Of a stretch of DNA of 31,883 bases, positions 1 through 9,313 are shown in pieces. Where the stretch lies: the NCBI GenBank assembly GCA_049975685.1, contig JBNGDR010000001.1:1-31883 (forward strand). The letters run 5' to 3'. The notes beneath the pieces are model-generated. The model was not told the origin of the DNA. It did no database searches and saw only the letters and a list, made by a program, of their open reading frames with translations. The DNA is from Anaerolineae bacterium (GTDB lineage Bacteria > Chloroflexota > Anaerolineae > B4-G1 > SLSP01). The stretch's first letter is position 1. Every line of letters begins with the position of its first letter. The position numbers and the translations under genes were made by a program.

Positions 1-714
1 TATGTGGTTCTGGGGGTTGGCACGATTGTTGACGAAGCGTGAGTTATGGATATAGACCACCGAATCGGTGCGAATTCCCAGACCTGCCCCACCGACACGT
101 GAGGAGTTGTTCTCCCAGGTTGAGTTGAAGAAGAAAACCGTTGAGTTATCAGCGACGTAGATAGCACCACCAACCGTGGTGTTAACGTTGGCAAAATTGT
201 CCCTGAAGACGCAGTCGATAAAGGTCGCTTCGGCATCATAGAGCGTGAGCCCGCCAGCCGTGCCCTCCGTGGTGGTGTATCCGTTGGCGAAGATAATCCT
301 CTCGAAGGTAATAGGACCGCCCTCAGAAACAGCAGTGTTCTGGATGCGGAAAAGGTCTCGCCCCCCACCACCATCAATAACGACCGTGGCTCCCTCAGAT
401 GCACGTATGGTAAACCCCTTGCGGAGGTTATGAACCTGAAAACCCCCGGCAGGCGATGCGTAGGTGCCTCCAGCCAATTCAATAATGCCGCCATCTCCAA
501 CCTGGTCGATGGCTGACTGAAGATCGCCCACATCCGCCGGCACCCGAAGGATCTGGACGGCTCCCGCATTCGATAGTGTATTCTGTGAAGCAGCTAATGC
601 CGAGAGGGAGGTTTGCTCCGGAGCAGGCAATGCCTGAATCACACTTTGTGGCAACAGGAACAACACCAACGTCAGAATCGTTGCCATCAATCTTACCAGA
701 TTTCTTTTGCTCAT
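1..714 (-). CDS. Secreted right-handed parallel beta-helix (pectin-lyase fold / Pmp-repeat-like) protein, N-terminal 238 codons; runs off the window start
   Basis: Manual translation of the reverse strand from ATG at 714 is open to base 1: MSKRNLVRLMATILTLVLFLLPQSVIQA (signal peptide), LRVPADVGDLQSAIDQVGDGGIIELAGGTY, VIDGGGG, VFRDNFANVNTTVGGAIYV, WENNSSRVGGAG, FVNNRA. A purine-rich RBS (GGGAGTGAGG) lies upstream. Absent from the ORF track. Confidence 0.85.
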   Translation of the reverse strand, partial: MSKRNLVRLMATILTLVLFLLPQSVIQALPAPEQTSLSALAASQNTLSNAGAVQILRVPADVGDLQSAIDQVGDGGIIELAGGTYASPAGGFQVHNLRKGFTIRASEGATVVIDGGGGRDLFRIQNTAVSEGGPITFERIIFANGYTTTEGTAGGLTLYDAEATFIDCVFRDNFANVNTTVGGAIYVADNSTVFFFNSTWENNSSRVGGAGLGIRTDSVVYIHNSRFVNNRANPQNHI

Positions 715-768
715 ACCCTCACTCCCTATCATCAACACACCGAGTGATTATCCCCCTAAACTAACCTA

Positions 769-797
769 ATTTTAACACAAGAGTATACTATTGGCAA
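769..797 (-). promoter_or_regulatory. Sigma70-type promoter for the beta-helix gene
   Basis: Minus strand TTGCCA (797-792), 17-nt spacer, TAAAAT (774-769), with a TGn extended -10. Confidence 0.7.
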
Positions 798-1024
798 TAG
801 GAAGAAAGTAAGGGGGATATGGGTACGAATGGATGGTATCCGAGTGTAATAAGAGATCGGCGACAGTAACCAGCTCAAAAACACATCAGCAGTGCCTTAG
901 AAACATCACACAACCCGCGAAATATGCAATTTACACGAGAAAGATAACAAATTTAAGTGCATAATATCATTTTATCTACGCATATTGCAAAATTATATCG
1001 CCAAGCGATAAACACAATCAACCC

Positions 1025-1050
1025 ACAAAATACTAAGGCCGCCTTGAGTA
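1025..1050 (-). terminator. Possible intrinsic terminator after the last GT2
   Basis: Minus strand TACTCAAGG-CGG-CCTTAGTA followed by TTTTGT. The stem is short and bulged. Confidence 0.35.
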
Positions 1051-1097
1051 ACGGTTGAATTTCGGTGAATATTACAAATCTCTTACCTTTCTTATCA

Positions 1098-2201
1098 TCA
1101 GAAAAATGGCGTATGCCTGGACAGAAATTGTTCCAAACCCAAAGGTAGAGGGATATCTTCCGCGTGTGCCTGGCCTATGAATCCACTCAACAGAGGTATC
1201 AATGCAGCGCGTAGATGGGCAGTATGAACACGAGCGTTCCGCGCTGAATTCCCAACAATCCCATCCAGAACACCCTTGACGTAGAAGTACTCCAGCGCTT
1301 GCACGTAGAGATCATCCAAGAGAGCGTGATAGTTCCACTCATAGAAGCTCAATAGGTGGAGCAGTTGAGTCTCCAGAGTCGACATTATCAAGGTATCCAA
1401 TATCGGCCCTCGATACCGGAAAAACTTCAAGATTCGTCTGTGGTTGAGTCGGAAAACCCTAAAAGCAGCGAGAGGATGCTTGCGCACCAGCACCCAGGCC
1501 ATAAGGCCGGCACGATATTGACGGGTCGAAAAGCTCCAGATAGTATGATAATGGGAATGCTCCGCCATCAACGCGGAGCGATAAACGATCCGTAAACCAT
1601 GCTTTGCCAACCGATAGGCAAGCTCCACGTCCTCAAAAGCAGCATAGGCGAACTCCGTATCGAACCATCGATCGAGGGAGCAAAGGAAATCCCGCTTCAG
1701 AGATATGTTCGAGGTATAAAGATGTCGGAAATCGTACTCGTGACCATCCTGAAGATAGTAGTAGCTGAATTGCTCCGCTCCAACGCCATCGATGTGCTGC
1801 ATCAGCGTGTTCTGAGGAATTTTCTTCCCCCATACCGTCTGTCCCAAGATAGCTACCTCGAGATCCGGCTGCTCCCGGTGAGCGGCGACGTGACCTTGCA
1901 CAAAATCGGCGCTAGGTAGAATATCATCACCGACGAAGAGAAGGAGCGGGGCCTGCACCAGAGAGATGCCTCGATTGCGCGCCGCAGCCGGCCCCTGGTT
2001 CTCTTCGAAGCGTTCGACACGAAGTGAATAGTGACGAGGACGATACGACTTTAATACATCATGAGTATCGTCAGTGGAGGCATCATCGATGGCAATGAGC
2101 TCGAAAGAGACCTGCCCTCGCTGAGCGTCGTAGGCTTCCAGGACGCGCAGAAGATCGTAATCACGGTTGTGACAGGGCATTACCACACTAATGGCGGTCA
2201 T
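1098..2201 (-). CDS. Glycosyltransferase family 2 (GT-A)
   Basis: ISVVMPCHNR, IAIDDASTD, NQGPAAARNRG, FVGDDI, AFEDVELAYRL. RBS GGAGGAG. Confidence 0.92.
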   Translation of the reverse strand: MTAISVVMPCHNRDYDLLRVLEAYDAQRGQVSFELIAIDDASTDDTHDVLKSYRPRHYSLRVERFEENQGPAAARNRGISLVQAPLLLFVGDDILPSADFVQGHVAAHREQPDLEVAILGQTVWGKKIPQNTLMQHIDGVGAEQFSYYYLQDGHEYDFRHLYTSNISLKRDFLCSLDRWFDTEFAYAAFEDVELAYRLAKHGLRIVYRSALMAEHSHYHTIWSFSTRQYRAGLMAWVLVRKHPLAAFRVFRLNHRRILKFFRYRGPILDTLIMSTLETQLLHLLSFYEWNYHALLDDLYVQALEYFYVKGVLDGIVGNSARNARVHTAHLRAALIPLLSGFIGQAHAEDIPLPLGLEQFLSRHTPFF

Positions 2202-2209
2202 TGCTCCTC

Positions 2210-3235
2210 CTAACCGCGTCGCCCAAGCAAACTCTTTAGACGGCTCGTGAATTTCGCAAACAACGGGACCCTATCACCAGCGGAAGCATCACCCAGATGG
2301 TGTTGAATATACTCAAGATATTGGGAACGACGGGCATTCCCTGGCTCCAGCAAAGCCACGGCGAGATCCTCGTTCCCGGAAAGATCCTCCAGCAACATAG
2401 CGTTGAGAACTCGATCCATGTTAAAGGTGTAAATGGAATATAAGAGCTGTTCAACACGTCGGGCTGGACTTTCGGTATTAAGTAACCATTCCCCATCGCC
2501 CATGTGTTGAGGAAGATGCACAGCGAGGCACCAACAAATCTCAAAGATCATCCGGGCTTGGTTCTCCCGAATCGTATTACCCCCGTGGATTCGGTAGCGT
2601 AACAGCGCCTCTGGCATTAGTTCAATGCGAGCAAGATTCGCCATCCGCAGGGCAAAGTCCCAATCATGAGCATATCTAAGCCCTCGGAACGGTCCCACCT
2701 CCTCATACCAGTGTCGACTCAACAAGAAATTGGAAGTGGTCGCCAGGTAGTTTTCTGTGAGCAGCGCGGCACGCAGGTCATCCCCCGCCCGGAAACTGCG
2801 GTGGGGCGCCTCCAGAAGCCAGGGCTCCAGATCGCGATACCCGTGTTTTACCCCTAACCTCCTACCTCCTACATCTACAACCTCGATGTAGGAGCCAACA
2901 ATTCCCACCGACGGATCTCCCTTTAATACGGGGAGCATCTTTTCCAAACGTTTTGGGCTATAGGCATCGTCGGAGTTCAAGATAGCCAGGTACGGAGCTG
3001 AGGCCATCTCTAATCCGCGATTGATGGCAGCGTGTGCACCTCGATTCTCCTGTGTAATCACACATACGCGGGGGTCGTCGATGCCGGTCAGGATCTCCAG
3101 GCTGCCGTCCGTCGATCCATCATCAATAACGAATAACTCAAGATCCGCAAATGACTGATCTAGCACGCTACGCACCGCTTCAGCCACGAAGGGTGCGTGA
3201 TTATACGAAGGGATGACCACCGATACTTCTGCCAA
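2210..3235 (-). CDS. Glycosyltransferase family 2 (GT-A), TTG start
   Basis: VSVVIPSYNH, VIDDGSTDGS, NRGAHAAINRG, LNSDD, AHDWDFALR, YRIHGGN. Confidence 0.92.
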   Translation of the reverse strand: MAEVSVVIPSYNHAPFVAEAVRSVLDQSFADLELFVIDDGSTDGSLEILTGIDDPRVCVITQENRGAHAAINRGLEMASAPYLAILNSDDAYSPKRLEKMLPVLKGDPSVGIVGSYIEVVDVGGRRLGVKHGYRDLEPWLLEAPHRSFRAGDDLRAALLTENYLATTSNFLLSRHWYEEVGPFRGLRYAHDWDFALRMANLARIELMPEALLRYRIHGGNTIRENQARMIFEICWCLAVHLPQHMGDGEWLLNTESPARRVEQLLYSIYTFNMDRVLNAMLLEDLSGNEDLAVALLEPGNARRSQYLEYIQHHLGDASAGDRVPLFAKFTSRLKSLLGRRG

Positions 3236-3238
3236 TCC

Positions 3239-6200
3239 TCACTCTCCCAGCAATGCAATCCGGTACTTCTCAGCCATCCGCTGAAGACTGAAATGCTCGA
3301 GAATAGACTGTCGTATCTGTCCAGGCTCAGGTGGATCCCCCAACATCTGTATGACACCCTCTCGCAGCGCCGATACATCTCCAATGCGTGAGACAACAAC
3401 ACCGCCTCTGGTGACATCCAGCACTTCCCGGTTATTTCCAACGTCCGTCACCACCATTGGCTTGCCCATGGCCTGAGCTTCCAGGATGACCAGGGGCATC
3501 CCCTCGTATTCGGAGGGCAGCACCAACACGTCGGAGATAGCGAAGATATCACTGCTGGGCCGGTAGAAGGGGCGCCGCTCAAAATTCTTGAGGCCAATCC
3601 GCAGCACCTCCGCGTCTATCGCACCCGCAAGAGGCCCCCCACCCACCATCAGAAACTGTAGATCCTCATCATCAGCGAAGCGCCTTGCGAGCTCTACAAA
3701 GTCCATGGGCCGCTTCTGGGGGTGCAAGCGCGAGATAAATGTGACCAGGCTACGATCCGGAGATAACCCTAACTTGTGACGTAGTGAACGACGTCTCTCC
3801 TCCGGATAACGAGCCAGATCGAACTCCTCGGTGTCCACACCGTTCTCGACCAGATAAGACGCTTCGGGTGGAACTCCCCGCGCGACATATGCTTCGCATA
3901 TACGGCGATTGACGCCAATATGGGCATCCAGATTGGCGACCAGATCATCGTCATAACGGTTAATCCACCCGAACCGATAATCGTAAACCTGATTGGCGGT
4001 CCGCAAACCTGGATAATCCTTCTTCAGCCGGGACAAGATACTGTATAACCACTCAGAGCCGTTGGCTATATAAAAGGTGTCCACATCAAAGCGCTCAATG
4101 AGGTGTTGTAGGAAGGAAAAGTTAAGGGGGGACAACAGAAAATCAGGGCTGGTGAAGACGTAAGGTGTTATCTCACGAAATGCATCCGCCGTCGTACCCA
4201 GAGCCAAATCATAGCCTTCCGTCGTCACGACTACAAAACGGATCTCCCGTTGCAAACAGCGCATCATGTCAAGTGCCACACGTTCGGCGCCACCTACTGC
4301 TAGAAAGGGAAAAGCAACCACCACGGTCGGCAATTCTGATGGATCCTTCGTAGAGGGTAGAATCGTGTTCACGGGATGTATTTCGTGTACGAGCTCCTCC
4401 TGATCCAGCACTGCATAGTGCCCCATAACTTCAATGTCCTGACCGACGAGGCGAGTATCGAAGCTAACCGGACGATCTGTGTGATGGGTGGTGTGGACCA
4501 GAACCTTACCCACAACCGGCCCGCCCATCCAATCGGAGAGATCCACGGCGAAGTCATCACCAAGAGTCGTGGCACGGACCACCTGATGTAAAAGGGGACG
4601 CTTTCCGTCCCCTGGCAATCTCTGCAACTGTAGATGTTTAACAAACGCCTCTACAGGACCTCGTACATTTATCGTAAAGGCCAACGACTCCGTCTCCAGC
4701 GCGAGGACGTTGGCCTCTAGATAAGTCCGGGGCTGTCGCAGCAGGTCCGCTGAAGCAACGCAGACGTATCGACCTGACAAGGATTCACCTAATGCCACTA
4801 TGCCCGTAGCACTAACGTAGTCGTCACCCTCACTCCCAAAACGCGCAACACCTTGCGTTTCATCCCAGATCACAATCTCGACATTGGGATAGGTCTGATT
4901 GTCGACCCAGGCCGTCACCATCTCCTCGTCCACATCAGAAGTACCTGCTATCAATATCAGGTTAACTGCAGGGAACTCCTCCTGCTTCCCGGCAACGATA
5001 CGCACCGGGAAGGGATGTCGGTGCTGCTCGGGGAGGCCTTCATCGCGCTGTTTACCCGCGACGCCGGTAAGCGCCGATTTCACACCCTCCTGCTTAAGAG
5101 CAAGCACCCTCTGCATAGCAGAGTATAGGATACGCTCGCGCAGACTGTGAGGGGGGATAAACCACTTACGGACATCCCCCGCCACTTTCAGGAATCTCCA
5201 GCCCGAACTGGTTGTGATAGTCTCGATGACCGCCTCTCGTTCCGCAACCTGTCGCGCCCAATCTTGCTCAAGCTGCTGCATCTCACGATGGTGCTTTGCC
5301 TGCTGCGCCATGAGCTCTTCAACCAGTTCACGCTTTAGATCGGCGTTGATCTGCTCTTGCTCCGTCAGATCCTGCTCGATCTTGCGATACCAATGGCTCA
5401 GCCGGCGGACGGTTCTCCCTGCAGCGGGGGCCTTACCCCTTTCAGCAACTTCATCCAACACGTGCTCATACGTGGTTACCCAATCGTGAGCGTGATGGGA
5501 AAGTAACCAGTCTTCACGCACGGTACGGCGCGCCGCTTCGCCTATCTTTCTACGCATCTCCGGTGTCTCGATGAGCTGGGATAACGCATCAACCCACGCC
5601 CCCAACGTGGCAGCAAGGAAACCATTATCACCATGGTTAACCAGACGTTGATAAGGAGGGACATCACTATAAACACCCGGAAGGGCCAACGCGCTGTATT
5701 CCAGAAATTTCAATCCGCTCTTGGCACCATTGAACGGTTGATCTCGAAGGGGCGCAATAACAATATCGCATTTTTGTCGCCGGAAATACTGGGCGAACTC
5801 ACCATAGTCAACCAAACCCGGATCGAGCCACTCAACATTCCCTCTCTCTCTCAGGTCAGCAGGAGGTGGCCCACCCCAGAATCGCAACAAAATGTCAGAT
5901 CCAAAGCGTTCGAGGACCTCCACCAGCGCCGGTTTGATCATTTCCAGATCAAGGAGATGGCTGCTACCACCTACATAACCGATGACCAACGGCCCCTCCG
6001 CCGCCAGGCGATCCGTATCTCTACTCTCCCCCAAAGCCTCACTCCAGAGAGCATCGTCCAGGTAGTTCGGAAGTAGAAAAGCACGGGGATTATACGCGCC
6101 CAAGTAGTCACAGATCTCCGGAGTGCTACAGGTCACCGCATCAGCAGCGAAGGCAGCGCGCAGCATGGCGGCTCGAGCTTTCCTGTAATACTTGAGATCG

Positions 6201-6511
6201 GGATGCCACTCGGGCATCTCCACAAGTAGATCGTCCAATTCATAGATGAGGGGCTTGCCCAGATCGTGAGCGCTGGCTACGATTTGCTCGTAATCATCCT
6301 CATAGCGAGGAAAATCCCGCTGAATGATTACGAAATCCGCTTCTTTTACCTTCTCCGGGTAGATACATAGATCCCCCTTGGACCACTCGTAGCCCATCAA
6401 GACGGTCCACCCAGCCTGCTTCAAAGGTCCTACAACTCTAATCCGGGGGCAGACGTGGATCCCTCTATCTGCCGAATACAGAACGACGCTTTGTGGTTTT
6501 TTACTGTGCAT
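3239..6511 (-). CDS. Multidomain glycosyltransferase: N-terminal GT4-like domain, coiled coil, divergent central region, C-terminal GT4
   Basis: N-terminal IQRD, YELDDLL and KFLEYSALALPGVYS. Glu/Gln/Leu heptad-rich stretch at about aa 370-430, then TSSGWRFLK. C-terminal AVGGAERV, ISRLHPQKRP and SEYEGMPLVILEAQAMGKP. Confidence 0.88.
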   Translation of the reverse strand: MHSKKPQSVVLYSADRGIHVCPRIRVVGPLKQAGWTVLMGYEWSKGDLCIYPEKVKEADFVIIQRDFPRYEDDYEQIVASAHDLGKPLIYELDDLLVEMPEWHPDLKYYRKARAAMLRAAFAADAVTCSTPEICDYLGAYNPRAFLLPNYLDDALWSEALGESRDTDRLAAEGPLVIGYVGGSSHLLDLEMIKPALVEVLERFGSDILLRFWGGPPPADLRERGNVEWLDPGLVDYGEFAQYFRRQKCDIVIAPLRDQPFNGAKSGLKFLEYSALALPGVYSDVPPYQRLVNHGDNGFLAATLGAWVDALSQLIETPEMRRKIGEAARRTVREDWLLSHHAHDWVTTYEHVLDEVAERGKAPAAGRTVRRLSHWYRKIEQDLTEQEQINADLKRELVEELMAQQAKHHREMQQLEQDWARQVAEREAVIETITTSSGWRFLKVAGDVRKWFIPPHSLRERILYSAMQRVLALKQEGVKSALTGVAGKQRDEGLPEQHRHPFPVRIVAGKQEEFPAVNLILIAGTSDVDEEMVTAWVDNQTYPNVEIVIWDETQGVARFGSEGDDYVSATGIVALGESLSGRYVCVASADLLRQPRTYLEANVLALETESLAFTINVRGPVEAFVKHLQLQRLPGDGKRPLLHQVVRATTLGDDFAVDLSDWMGGPVVGKVLVHTTHHTDRPVSFDTRLVGQDIEVMGHYAVLDQEELVHEIHPVNTILPSTKDPSELPTVVVAFPFLAVGGAERVALDMMRCLQREIRFVVVTTEGYDLALGTTADAFREITPYVFTSPDFLLSPLNFSFLQHLIERFDVDTFYIANGSEWLYSILSRLKKDYPGLRTANQVYDYRFGWINRYDDDLVANLDAHIGVNRRICEAYVARGVPPEASYLVENGVDTEEFDLARYPEERRRSLRHKLGLSPDRSLVTFISRLHPQKRPMDFVELARRFADDEDLQFLMVGGGPLAGAIDAEVLRIGLKNFERRPFYRPSSDIFAISDVLVLPSEYEGMPLVILEAQAMGKPMVVTDVGNNREVLDVTRGGVVVSRIGDVSALREGVIQMLGDPPEPGQIRQSILEHFSLQRMAEKYRIALLGE

Positions 6512-6532
6512 TTTTAATATGAACCCCTTTAC

Positions 6533-7750
6533 TCACCGTACAAGATCATTGCAACACCAGTCTCCCTGCACGGACAGAAGGCCATAGGGCTGATCTTCCG
6601 AAGGAGGAACTCTAAAAGGATATAGCCGATCGTGATAATCGAACATCTCCGTATCTTCCCAATTATGGACGGCCACCGAAATGAAATACGTACCTTCCAA
6701 CAAGGGCAAAGAGGGGATCGTATAACGTACACTTCCCCGCCCTTCGATCGAGGGAATCTTGTATCCCGCAAATCGGGTATTCGGACCGGTGATGTGTACG
6801 CCATCAGCGCGATGAATGGCCAGGCCAAAGACGGGACGCTTGATGGCTATCTTGGCGTGGTAAGTTATCTCAACTGTCAAGGGCTCCCCAACGTGAAAGA
6901 GCTGGGTCTGCATGCCGCCCTCGTCCAACAATCGCACGTCCACGATCTCGACCTTGGAATTCCCCCAACGTGCCTCCTCCTCAACGTCGGATTCAACCTC
7001 AACCTCATCCTCATTCCAGCTGCGGTCCATGTACTGTTGAACCACGGACTCGGCAGAACCGTCGGCCACCACGCGCCCATCATCCAGCCAGATAGCGCGC
7101 TCGCAGATATTTCGGACGGCGTCAGGACTATGTGAAACAAACATCAGGGTAACACCCTGACGCCTCATCTGATTGATGCGATCGATACATTTGCGCTGAA
7201 AGGCCGCGTCCCCAACAGCCAGCACCTCATCGATGAGGAGAATCTCCGGCTCCAGATGGACCGCTACCGAGAAACCGAGGCGAACGTACATCCCGGAGGA
7301 GTAATGTTTGACAGGAACATCAATGAATCGTTCCAACTCGGCGAATTCAATGATATTGTCGACCTTCGACTGCAACTGCTGGCGGTTCAATCCCAGCACC
7401 GAACCACTCAGGTAAATATTCTCCCGCCCCGTAAGATCGGGGTGAAACCCAGCCCCTAACTCCAATAACGCACCGATCCGTCCATGGACTTCGATGCTAC
7501 CACTGGTGGGCTCAAGAATTCGAGTGATGAGTTTGAGCACGGTGCTCTTCCCAACGCCGTTAGGGCCTACAAGACCTAACGTCTCACCCTCCTCAACCTC
7601 AAAACTCACGTCACGCAAGGCCCAGAACTCCTCCTCTTGAACCTCGGAGCCATCACGGAACATCGAGACGACCAATCCCTGGAAGGAGCGTGCGCGCTTG
7701 TGGTGGATGGAGAACTTCTTGGAGACTTTATCAAGTGTAATGACAGACAT
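6533..7750 (-). CDS. wzt: Polysaccharide ABC exporter ATP-binding subunit with C-terminal Wzt_C carbohydrate-binding domain
   Basis: FWALRDVSF, Walker A GPNGVGKST, signature YSSGM, Walker B ILLIDE, VSH, and a C-terminal beta domain (RWGNSKVEI...PVFGLAIHR...LLEGTY). Start re-assigned to ATG 7750 (MSVITLDKVSK) to avoid overlap with the upstream gene. Confidence 0.92.
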   Translation of the reverse strand: MSVITLDKVSKKFSIHHKRARSFQGLVVSMFRDGSEVQEEEFWALRDVSFEVEEGETLGLVGPNGVGKSTVLKLITRILEPTSGSIEVHGRIGALLELGAGFHPDLTGRENIYLSGSVLGLNRQQLQSKVDNIIEFAELERFIDVPVKHYSSGMYVRLGFSVAVHLEPEILLIDEVLAVGDAAFQRKCIDRINQMRRQGVTLMFVSHSPDAVRNICERAIWLDDGRVVADGSAESVVQQYMDRSWNEDEVEVESDVEEEARWGNSKVEIVDVRLLDEGGMQTQLFHVGEPLTVEITYHAKIAIKRPVFGLAIHRADGVHITGPNTRFAGYKIPSIEGRGSVRYTIPSLPLLEGTYFISVAVHNWEDTEMFDYHDRLYPFRVPPSEDQPYGLLSVQGDWCCNDLVR

Positions 7751-7763
7751 AAAATTCTCGAGA

Positions 7764-9278
7764 CTAGAGGCCCATATAACGCAGTGCAACGGGCAAGAAG
7801 AGACGGTGCTCTGCAATCAGCACCGTGCCCCAGGCCACGTTGTTGCTCTCATCAGATTCGGTCACCGTATCGTCAGGATCTACAACTATCTTCACCGTGT
7901 GCACACCCGGTGAGAGATCGGACCAGTTGAGCTGTACATCTTGAAAAGCGGCACAGCCAGCCAGATTCGTGGTTATGAGCTGATCCGATCCAATCTGCTG
8001 GTCGTTGCCATCAAAGAACCGGACAATCACCTGTTGTGTGGTGGGCATATTCCCGACGTTGGACACGCGGGCCCGCACCGTGACGGTCGCGGGCTCTGTT
8101 GGAGAGTAAACACTCTCCTTCTGTATCACCTCCACAGCAAAGAGATCCACTGTGGGCGAGATGGCGCTCGTATAGTTTCCATAATTGGTGCCGTTGGGCA
8201 ATATGTCCTCTGAGTCAGGGTGAAATAGAGCACCGCCGTAGAGTGTATCCGCCAAACTATACCACACCCAACGCTGCACCAGCCGGTTTTCGTCAGCGGG
8301 ATAGCCGTAAAGAGAATCACTTGCCGTAAGCATGTAGTCGAAGGTACCATACATAAAATTCTTGGTACGCTCGTAGTCCCAACCTGCGTAATTGCCGTTA
8401 TCGGGTATAAGGGAGCCGTACTCCGTGATGAACAGAGGAACGTTCCGGTACCCATGCCCGGCCATCCACTGCCGGAAATCTACCAAGCGGTCGCGGAAGA
8501 TATCCAGATCGTCGGTTTTATCCAGCTCACCCTCTATCCGGGCATCGATCCAGAATCCACGGTCGGCGTCCACTCCGGGTGGCATACCTGCCCCCCAGCA
8601 GTTTTCTGGATAGACATCGCAGCTCGCTTCGTTCAGGATGAAGGAGTGAATTCCCCAGGCATCCACCGGCAGTTGTTCGCCATAACTTTCGTAGTAGGCA
8701 TCGAGGACCAGATTAAGATAAGTCAGGCGCACCGGCGTGGGTTGAACAATGTTACCGGCAACGATCTTGGCCGTCGGATCCACACCCTTGATGAAGGTAT
8801 AGGCTTCATGGTAGACTTGAGCGTATTCCTCTGGCAACAGGTCACTCTGGTAGATACAATCGGGCTCATTACCGATCAACCAATACGCTCCGGGGTTCGC
8901 GGTGATCCGATCCACCAAAGCGGCCCCCGATGGCACGTAGGTGCCGCTGCTCACATCCAACATATGTGCAAATTCCATGCCATAAGGGGTTGGAGGATCA
9001 ACGAGCGTAGTCCAGTTCAGGTACCATCCCAGATTCAGCCCGGAGATGTCAAAATCGCCCAGGCGCTTATAGCTCTCACCCACGCCAAAACGGCAATGCG
9101 TGTAGGTGTTTGTAGCATTCAAACCAGGGAAGCTTCCTGTGCTGCCCTGAAGGAGACGGTCCTCTTGTGAATCAGTAGCACTAACGTGACCGAGTGCCTG
9201 ATCGGTCAACATCAAACTCACCAGCACCGATGCTCCCACAATCAACATCAACAACAATCTAACGGGCCGCTTGTCCAT
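7764..9278 (-). CDS. Secreted clan GH-A-like glycoside hydrolase with CARDB (Ig-like) domain and C-terminal LFLPVALR motif
   Basis: Signal peptide RPVRLLLMLIVGASVLVSLML, acid/base WLIGNEPD, nucleophile LFITEYG, CARDB-like VSNVGN...VVDPDDTVTESDESNN. The start could alternatively be ATG 9317 (ATGA overlap). Confidence 0.75.
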   Translation of the reverse strand: MDKRPVRLLLMLIVGASVLVSLMLTDQALGHVSATDSQEDRLLQGSTGSFPGLNATNTYTHCRFGVGESYKRLGDFDISGLNLGWYLNWTTLVDPPTPYGMEFAHMLDVSSGTYVPSGAALVDRITANPGAYWLIGNEPDCIYQSDLLPEEYAQVYHEAYTFIKGVDPTAKIVAGNIVQPTPVRLTYLNLVLDAYYESYGEQLPVDAWGIHSFILNEASCDVYPENCWGAGMPPGVDADRGFWIDARIEGELDKTDDLDIFRDRLVDFRQWMAGHGYRNVPLFITEYGSLIPDNGNYAGWDYERTKNFMYGTFDYMLTASDSLYGYPADENRLVQRWVWYSLADTLYGGALFHPDSEDILPNGTNYGNYTSAISPTVDLFAVEVIQKESVYSPTEPATVTVRARVSNVGNMPTTQQVIVRFFDGNDQQIGSDQLITTNLAGCAAFQDVQLNWSDLSPGVHTVKIVVDPDDTVTESDESNNVAWGTVLIAEHRLFLPVALRYMGL

Positions 9279-9313
9279 AGTCCGTCCTTGCATGTGCCTG
9301 TCGGTCCTAAAAA

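Noticed and set aside
818-868. Plus-strand 16-codon sORF MGTNGWYPSVIRDRRQ
   Set aside because: The G-rich stretch is too close to the ATG to be a good RBS, and there is no promoter or homology support.
8454-9170. Long plus-strand ORFs opposite real genes (8454..9170, 13964..14560, 24517..25062, 28724..29287, 30051..30656)
   Set aside because: No family motifs or RBS. These are typical shadow or alternative frames of GC-rich genes.
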